NCBI GenBank assembly: GCA_963774935.1
Contig: CAVZGO010000007.1
Location: 215,861 to 279,860, forward strand
Length of the DNA: 64,000 nucleotides
Direction: 5' to 3'
Origin: an uncultured Chloroflexia bacterium
GTDB taxonomy: Bacteria; Chloroflexota; Anaerolineae; Anaerolineales; UBA4823
Shown here: positions 58,553-64,000 of the stretch, piece after piece
Layout of the letters: every line of letters begins with the position of its first letter
Position numbering within the stretch: position 1 is the stretch's first letter
The notes under the pieces: model-generated
Databases searched by the model: none
Told to the model about the DNA's origin: nothing
Seen by the model: the letters and a program-made list of their open reading frames with translations, nothing else
Made by a program: the position numbers and the translations under genes

Positions 58553-59299
58553 ATGGATCCCGCCTTATACCATGCACATCATTCTCGCCATCTCGAGGAC
58601 TTGCCCTTTTGGCATTGGTTAGCTATGAACTACCCCGGTCCCATTCTGGAGCTTGGCTGTGGAACCGGACGAGTCCTGCTGTCGCTGGTCAAAAGTGGGC
58701 AGTTGTTGGTGGGATTAGACAGAGATCACGCAATGCTCGCCTTCCTCCAGGAGCAACTCGCTCCGCCTGACAGCGCTCTTGTTCACCTGATTCAGGCGGA
58801 TTTCACCCGATTTCACCTGGCGACAAAATTCAAGTTGATTATCCTGCCATGCAACACTTTGAGCACACTTTCTCTAGAGCAGGTGCATGCGGTATTGAAG
58901 TACGCCCGGTGCCATTTAGAGCCTACAGGAGTATTTGCTGCCAGCCTTCCAAATACGCACTGGCTCGAGAGATTGCCACGCTCTTCGGATGCCGAGCAGG
59001 AAGATTATTTTCCACACCCGCTGGACGGCGAGCCTGTCCAGGTCAGCAGTTCCTGGTGCCGCGATGAAAATACCTTTACAGTTTCCTGGTACTATGATCA
59101 CCTGCTGCCAGATGGTAAAGTGGACCGCTTTCAAGTTTCTGCTCACCAGCAACTGACCACGACGGATCAATATTTACAAGCTTTTCATCAGGCAGGTTTT
59201 GATCAGGTTACCTGCTATGGAGATTTCCACCGAAGGAAATACCGGAAATCCTCTTCTGATTTGATATTTATTGCCTCACCAGATAACAATCTTATATAA
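58553..59299 (+). CDS. class I SAM-dependent methyltransferase
   Basis: Motif I ILELGCGTGRV. The start is at ATG 58553, with GGAG 9 nt upstream. The track ORF starts at TTG 58538. Confidence 0.85.
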   Translation: MDPALYHAHHSRHLEDLPFWHWLAMNYPGPILELGCGTGRVLLSLVKSGQLLVGLDRDHAMLAFLQEQLAPPDSALVHLIQADFTRFHLATKFKLIILPCNTLSTLSLEQVHAVLKYARCHLEPTGVFAASLPNTHWLERLPRSSDAEQEDYFPHPLDGEPVQVSSSWCRDENTFTVSWYYDHLLPDGKVDRFQVSAHQQLTTTDQYLQAFHQAGFDQVTCYGDFHRRKYRKSSSDLIFIASPDNNLI

Positions 59300-59397
59300 A
59301 AATTTTATGTCTTGCTATCATTAATCTTATAATCGCTGGATATCATTCGGGTACTAACTAAGAAGATAACCATGATATTTATTGAAGGAGTTACCCG

Positions 59398-59826
59398 ATG
59401 ATGACCATGTATGTTTCCCCTTACCGCCGTTTAGCCACCCTGCGCGAAGCAATGGATCGCACCCTGGAAGAAAGCCTGCGCGAAAAATCCACCGAGCGTG
59501 AAATGCTGCTAGTTGTTGATGTACGCGATGAGAATGATAGTTTCTCTATCAATGCTTTTGTACCCGGACTGGATGCTGAGGATTTAGAGATTGAAATCTT
59601 GAACAACACCGTAGCAATCCGCGGCGAATTTAAAAGCAACGTCGATGGTGAAGCTCGTTATATGACCTGCGAGCTACCGAGCGGTCGTTTCTCCCGCGTA
59701 ATCAGCTTCCCGCTTGATGTCGACGCCAGCAAAGCCGAAGCGAATATCAAAAATGGCTTTCTCACGCTGCGCGTACCCAAGGCAGAAGCCGTGCGCCCGA
59801 AGTCAATCAAAGTGAATGTCAATTAG
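59398..59826 (+). CDS. Hsp20/alpha-crystallin small heat-shock protein
   Basis: Alpha-crystallin domain (FSINAFVPGL..EDLEIEI....V.IRGE...... GRFSRVISFP..VD....A....NGFLTLRVPK). GAAGGAG SD. Confidence 0.9.
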   Translation: MMTMYVSPYRRLATLREAMDRTLEESLREKSTEREMLLVVDVRDENDSFSINAFVPGLDAEDLEIEILNNTVAIRGEFKSNVDGEARYMTCELPSGRFSRVISFPLDVDASKAEANIKNGFLTLRVPKAEAVRPKSIKVNVN

Positions 59827-59863
59827 CAAGCAGCGCCAACTGTTATATATGCTGTAAGCCGCC

Positions 59864-59901
59864 GAACGGGATGCGATTTAATTGCATCCCGTTCTGTTTT
59901 A
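59864..59901 (+). terminator. intrinsic terminator of hsp20
   Basis: GAACGGGATGC-GATTTAATT-GCATCCCGTTC forms an 11-bp stem and is followed by TGTTTTATT. Confidence 0.8.
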
Positions 59902-59937
59902 TTACAATCAATTATCCGACCCAGGCGCGACGAAAAA

Positions 59938-61038
59938 CTAATATCGCACCAGGGCGCCAATCTGTTTAAAGTTTTCGATTGGCTTCTCCAGGTGAAGCAC
60001 CTCCACCTCGCCACCTGCCTGCATCACTTTCTCTACTGCGACCTCGATGACATCTGGGATGACTTCGCTTTTTCCACCGCAGAACGGGCAGTAAGCAAGC
60101 TCAACTGCAGATAAGTAGCCGCAGTTCAAGCAGCGAGTCCCTGGGCTGTGGAATCCTTCCTGTATCACCAGCATTTGCACCCGACCTTCTCGCACCGCCG
60201 CCAGGGTGTCATCCAGATCTTTCACCCCACCATGCCCCTTGGCAGCGTTCGTGATCACGGTATTCACCAGGTGAATCTCCCGCATCCTTTCGGCTTCAAG
60301 GCCAATTTGCATTGCCTTCTCCAGGACCTCGCTGTGTGTGGCGGTCATACTGATCGGGAAGGTACCAACGATCAGGCTTTGCCAAAATTTTGAAAGGTGG
60401 TTGCGGAATTGTGCAGCATTATCATCAGAAGCACCGATTAAGATGCGGCGTAGATTCTTCTCGGCGAAGAAATTCATCGAAAACTCTGCTGCATCTTTAA
60501 TATTCCGGTCTGTTACTTCATCTTCATATCCGGTTTGACCGGCAGAGCCTCCGCGTTGACCCTGGCGCTGTGAACCTCCACCGCTCTTGGTATGCCGGAT
60601 GCTTTCACCGAGAATACCCTCCTGCTCTTGTAATTCTCCCAGGTGGAAGGAGAACAAGCGGGCGCCTTGCTTGTCAACCAGCACAACGCCATATCCACCG
60701 TAGGAGTCGAGTAAATCAGCCAATGGCTTGACCAGCGGTCGGTCACTGACTCGAACCATGCTTTTCACTTCCACTGCCAATGGATACGCCTTGAAAAAGC
60801 CATCCCGTGTGCAGGAAAAGATAGCCAGACTGCGACCTGTCCAATCATGCTCATGTTCGATATAGCGGGTCACAGCTGCGACATCATCTGCTAAATCAAT
60901 CTCCTTTAGCATGCTGCGTAAGTAAAGCCTGTGGATGTCAGCATTGCCTTTGCCTGGGTCAGTATTCAAATAGATGCTCAAAACGGGGGAATTGAATTGG
61001 TAACTTAACAGTGCCTGCAAATCCTGGTTACTCAGCAT
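59938..61038 (-). CDS. bacterial archaeo-eukaryotic release-factor-like protein (Vms1/ANKZF1 VLRF1-type peptidyl-tRNA hydrolase family) with a zinc-ribbon insert
   Basis: 366 aa. The central loop IRHTKSGGGSQRQGQRGGSAGQTGYEDE parallels my recollection of the Vms1 catalytic GxxQ loop (R-Y-T..K.GGSQ....SAG...RRYNE). The C-terminal eRF1-domain-3-like region carries CLNCG...CPFCGG. AGGAGG SD. Confidence 0.65.
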   Translation of the reverse strand: MLSNQDLQALLSYQFNSPVLSIYLNTDPGKGNADIHRLYLRSMLKEIDLADDVAAVTRYIEHEHDWTGRSLAIFSCTRDGFFKAYPLAVEVKSMVRVSDRPLVKPLADLLDSYGGYGVVLVDKQGARLFSFHLGELQEQEGILGESIRHTKSGGGSQRQGQRGGSAGQTGYEDEVTDRNIKDAAEFSMNFFAEKNLRRILIGASDDNAAQFRNHLSKFWQSLIVGTFPISMTATHSEVLEKAMQIGLEAERMREIHLVNTVITNAAKGHGGVKDLDDTLAAVREGRVQMLVIQEGFHSPGTRCLNCGYLSAVELAYCPFCGGKSEVIPDVIEVAVEKVMQAGGEVEVLHLEKPIENFKQIGALVRY

Positions 61039-61343
61039 AGCAACCTCCTGGAATGATGTGGTTCCGCCACTTCTGTGCCTGTTTAGTTGTATCTTGATTC
61101 TATATTCGAATCACCGTCCGAGTCAAGCGCAGTATCGTAAATTTAGGTTAAACAGCCTCCGCCGGGACGGTGAGGTAACCCGACGGAGGCTTTCGCCAAA
61201 GGAGGAAACAGCGATGAGCTTAGACAAACATTGTTTGTTACGATAATCATACAGGAAATCCAGCAAAACAGTAATTGTCTTAAATCACATGCTGCGCGTG
61301 ATAGATGTCACAAATGCAGATTTACAAGCGGTGTAATTCGGGA

Positions 61344-62033
61344 TTACATCCCATTGGGAGAGCTAAAGGAAACCTTATTTGCATTAGCGTAGGCGCAGAT
61401 ATCATTGAGTGGGCAGGCAGGACAAGAAGGTTTGCGCGCCTGACATACCTGGCGACCCAGGCGGATTATATTCAAATGGGCAGCATAGTAAGCCTGAGGT
61501 GGAAAAAGGCTTTCAAGGTAGGGGTGTGCCTGGTCTGCGGTCAGCTTCGCAGGGCGCAGACCCAGACGTCCACTGACACGATAAATATGTGTATCGACAG
61601 GGAAGGCTGGCTTGCCGAGGGAAAAGAGCAACACGATGGCTGCTGTCTTTGGACCAACCCCTTTGAATTTCATAAGCCAGGCGCGTGCTGTTTCGAGATC
61701 CATATCTCCCAAGAAGCTTAAATCTAAATTGCCTCGCTCAAGAGTGATTTCCCGCAGCAATGCCTGTATGCGGGGTCCCTTTTGTTGTGCCAATCCGGCT
61801 GGTTGGATAGCTCTCACCACTTCAACTTCAGGCGCCTCACGCACTTCTTCCCAGGACGGAAATCGCTGGCGCAATGCCTGGTAAGCGCGATCACGATTGA
61901 TGTCGTTCGTGTTTTGGGATAACACTGTCGAAACCAACTCGTCAAGGGGAGGCATAGGAGGACCCCAGTTGGGCTCTCCCAGAAATGCCAGCAAGCGAAT
62001 ATGTACTTCCTGAGCCAGCTCAGCCGGTTCCAA
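61344..62033 (-). CDS. nth: endonuclease III family DNA glycosylase (HhH-GPD, 4Fe-4S)
   Basis: LSQNTND, HhH GVGPKTAA, catalytic D in FPVDTH, and cluster CQARKPSCPACPLNDIC. The start is uncertain: TTG 62033 was chosen, and the track ATG 62108 overlaps the upstream gene by 89 nt. Confidence 0.85.
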   Translation of the reverse strand: MEPAELAQEVHIRLLAFLGEPNWGPPMPPLDELVSTVLSQNTNDINRDRAYQALRQRFPSWEEVREAPEVEVVRAIQPAGLAQQKGPRIQALLREITLERGNLDLSFLGDMDLETARAWLMKFKGVGPKTAAIVLLFSLGKPAFPVDTHIYRVSGRLGLRPAKLTADQAHPYLESLFPPQAYYAAHLNIIRLGRQVCQARKPSCPACPLNDICAYANANKVSFSSPNGM

Positions 62034-63111
62034 TTTGCAGCTCCAAAACCGGATAAGCCTTACCAACCAATAGCTGTCTCCAATTAAACAAGTCAAATGT
62101 TGGACCAAATGCAGCCAGGGCGACTAATTCGTCCTCAGTAATCGCACCGAGCTGACGCAACACTTCTAAGGTGACGGCTGCACGAGCCTTCCCACGGCTA
62201 TCGCCATCAGCGATCTTCAGCGCAATGCCCAAACCTGGTGAATTCGGACTCAAAGCACCTGCTCGTATCCCGATACATTGGTATCCCTCTGCTCCCCCCT
62301 TGGATATCATTCGTCCAGAGGTTGCCTGCATCAGACGCGTATCAAACTTGCCTGGTCCTGCCACCATTTCTGGATTTGATGTCATCGCATCGAAAATAGT
62401 TCCACATGCTGCAGCTCTCTCTGGAGGGAAAACATCACCTGCCCGTGGATCACTCAATCTGGCAAAACCCAAAGCGGCATTGTGCAATGGAATAGCAAAA
62501 TTCGGCGCCGAGCAACCATCCACTCCCATCGCGATCTGATCTTGCGGCAGATCGCACATTGCAGCAATTACATTCCGAATCCGCTGCTGGATTGGGTGGT
62601 TAAAGTCAATGTAATTCCGATCCCATTCACCGCCAGATTGAGTTGCCAGATAGCGTGCAAATGCAACCATGCCGGAGTGCTTACCGGAACAATTGTGCTG
62701 GTTCGGCGTGGGTACCTCATCGCACTTCAGCAGCCGCATAGCAGTAGTTTCATCTCCTGGAGTATGCACGCCGCACAAGAGGTCATATTCAGAGAAACCC
62801 GCCTTGGTTTGAATTGACCTGGCTGTTTCAGCATGCGCATCTGTGCCTGAGTGCGATGCACACATCAATGCAATTTCCCGCCTCGTTAAATCGTAGGCAG
62901 CCGCCCCACCACTTTCAATAAAGGGAAGCGCCTGGAGAGGTTTTGCCGAAGAGCGCAAAAAAGTGACCACGTTTGCATCGCCATAGCTTGCCACCAGTCT
63001 ACCGGTCGCATCTACAGCCGCCACAGCCCCCAGATGCAACGATTCAACAGTTTCCCCGCGCTTAACCTCCAGCACAGGCAGGTAGGCGCTAGCCACCGCA
63101 CTATTCATCAT
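62020..63111 (-). CDS. asparaginase II family protein
   Basis: Pattern LEVKRGETVESLHLGAVAAVD..G......GD....TFLRSSAKPLQALP...SG......L...EIALMCASHSG, typical of Rhizobium-type asparaginase II. ATG 63111/63108 overlaps the upstream stop. Confidence 0.8.
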   Translation of the reverse strand: MMNSAVASAYLPVLEVKRGETVESLHLGAVAAVDATGRLVASYGDANVVTFLRSSAKPLQALPFIESGGAAAYDLTRREIALMCASHSGTDAHAETARSIQTKAGFSEYDLLCGVHTPGDETTAMRLLKCDEVPTPNQHNCSGKHSGMVAFARYLATQSGGEWDRNYIDFNHPIQQRIRNVIAAMCDLPQDQIAMGVDGCSAPNFAIPLHNAALGFARLSDPRAGDVFPPERAAACGTIFDAMTSNPEMVAGPGKFDTRLMQATSGRMISKGGAEGYQCIGIRAGALSPNSPGLGIALKIADGDSRGKARAAVTLEVLRQLGAITEDELVALAAFGPTFDLFNWRQLLVGKAYPVLELQIGTG

Positions 63112-63976
63112 CTTCTTCGCTTCCGGGTTGTTCAAGCGAACTCGTTGGGCGGTAATGGCGTGCGTAATACTGGTATAACCCATAATGGAGGCGCTGAGTA
63201 TAGATATCACGGTCGGCATCATCAATATCGAATTCTCTCAGCAATTCTGGAATTAAGTCCCGAGTGGCTTCGGGACCTGAATTCCGTTTCACCAGGCGAT
63301 CGATTCCATGCGAGACATTCTTTAAATAGCTTATCTGTGCCTGAATCACCTTCTTGGAGGCGATCCCGCCGCGCCCCGCCACGATTGCACAGTCTCGATA
63401 AGCATCAACCAGCAGCTCGAGGCTGTTCACCCAGGCTTCCAAATCAGCATTTGCCAGGAAAGGCGGCTGGTTAACTGCGATGCTATCCCCAACAAATACC
63501 ACTTTTTCATCGGGGATAATTACCCAGCACGAGCCTGCTGAAGGTCCGGGATGGTGCTCCAGAACCACTTCAGGGCCTCCCCAATGAAAATTCATTCGGT
63601 TTGTGAAGGTGATATCCGGTGGTGCCCAACGCATTCCAATTGACTCACTGTAGAGCTCCCAGGCTGACCCGCTGGCTGTCGATTGACCTTTGAATATTGT
63701 GGGACGGTTGCGAAAAACCTGCGCTGCTTTTTGATGCGCTACGATTGGGCAATCTTGCGATCTTGCACCCAAGGTGCGATCCGGGTGTGCATCCAGGTTG
63801 ATCAGGATGCGGTTGCTGCCACCACGTTGGTTAACGAGCGCTGATCGCCAGGCGCGCGTGTCTTCCAATCGTAGAGGAGCATCCACCAGGATAATTCCGA
63901 AAGAATACACCAACCCGCCTACCGTGACACCCAGAAACGAGTCGTCGAAAAATATGCCTTTTTCAATTTGCTGCAT
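63101..63976 (-). CDS. MBL-fold metallo-hydrolase
   Basis: A variant of the HxHxDH motif (NLDAHPDRT) plus downstream HHPGPS and VFVGD. It is the first gene of a translationally coupled MBL-asparaginase-nth string. Confidence 0.7.
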   Translation of the reverse strand: MQQIEKGIFFDDSFLGVTVGGLVYSFGIILVDAPLRLEDTRAWRSALVNQRGGSNRILINLDAHPDRTLGARSQDCPIVAHQKAAQVFRNRPTIFKGQSTASGSAWELYSESIGMRWAPPDITFTNRMNFHWGGPEVVLEHHPGPSAGSCWVIIPDEKVVFVGDSIAVNQPPFLANADLEAWVNSLELLVDAYRDCAIVAGRGGIASKKVIQAQISYLKNVSHGIDRLVKRNSGPEATRDLIPELLREFDIDDADRDIYTQRLHYGLYQYYARHYRPTSSLEQPGSEEDDE

Positions 63977-64000
63977 CGCTCACTCCCAAAATCATTTTTA

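Noticed and set aside
61058-61246. 62-aa plus-strand ORF in the nth/Vms1-like intergenic gap
   Set aside because: The start has no SD, the composition is not coding-like, and the ORF runs through the promoter region of the minus-strand gene. Only its last 10 codons are preceded by a strong SD, and these are reported separately as a micro-ORF.
61305-61721. 138-aa plus-strand ORF
   Set aside because: It is entirely antisense to the well-supported endonuclease III gene and is a shadow ORF.
17287-63225. Long N-terminal extensions in the ORF track (for example 18355-18555, 41644-41706, 41491-41709, 47516-47563, 62034-62108, 63112-63225)
   Set aside because: Each extension overlaps the preceding or an antisense gene, lacks an SD and has no homology-like sequence. 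An internal start with an SD and a canonical N-terminus is available in each case.
1-64000. Search for mobile elements, prophage, CRISPR-Cas, toxin-antitoxin or defence islands, including next to the three tRNA genes
   Set aside because: No integrase, transposase or recombinase ORFs are present. There are no inverted terminal repeats, no direct repeats of tRNA 3' ends and no repeat-spacer arrays. All ORFs longer than 100 aa are accounted for by housekeeping or transport families, apart from the hypothetical proteins listed.

Overview
This is a 64-kb chromosomal window that is moderately GC-rich and mostly housekeeping. I found no rRNA, CRISPR array, transposase, integrase or phage genes. The gene content includes PT-rich linkers, lipoprotein solute-binding proteins, a BMP-type nucleoside ABC system, QcrABC next to SdhCDAB, and membrane-anchored FHA/PP2C signalling proteins. 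This resembles a Chloroflexota (Anaerolineae-like) genome, but that is inference only. Gene order from left to right:
- HutH-like ammonia-lyase.
- BMP-type nucleoside ABC operon on the minus strand. It encodes two lipoproteins (one an internally duplicated double-BMP protein), an ATPase and two permeases.
- HAD hydrolase and a DUF389-SH3 membrane protein.
- cdd, a CNNM/CorC-type protein, glmU and tRNA-Gln.
- A fused OppBC-like permease.
- A complete Opp/Dpp-like operon with two family-5 SBPs, OppB, OppC, OppD, OppF and a small membrane ORF.
- ECF sigma factor, rsgA, a class B PBP and maf.
- xpt and guaA.
- A vWA-TM-FHA protein, a PP2C phosphatase, and a convergent 793-aa pseudo-PP2C/beta-propeller membrane protein.
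- CelD-like GNAT, an AmmeMemoRadiSam-type radical SAM enzyme, a MobA-like protein, a PIG-L deacetylase and a cysteine-desulfurase-like protein.
- tRNA-Arg, sdhCDAB, qcrABC and icd.
- A long structured leader followed by corA.
- S9 peptidase, rnhB, a GT2 glycosyltransferase, a PLC-like protein and tRNA-Pro.
- Methyltransferase, hsp20 and a Vms1/aeRF1-like release-factor homologue.
- An operon of MBL-fold hydrolase, asparaginase II and nth.
The most striking sequence-level property is that 11 single-nucleotide frame disruptions break otherwise clearly homologous genes. Ten look like one extra base and one like a missing G in a G7 run. Five of them fall within 2.2 kb, in corA and the S9 peptidase. 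I cannot tell from the sequence alone whether these are sequencing/assembly indels or real gene decay. Nothing here is demonstrably a new defence or mobile system. The candidates most worth follow-up are the corA leader RNA, the double-BMP lipoprotein, the FHA/PP2C/pseudo-phosphatase membrane trio, the Vms1-like factor, the natural Cys at the MIO position of the ammonia-lyase, and the split/fused permease paralogy.
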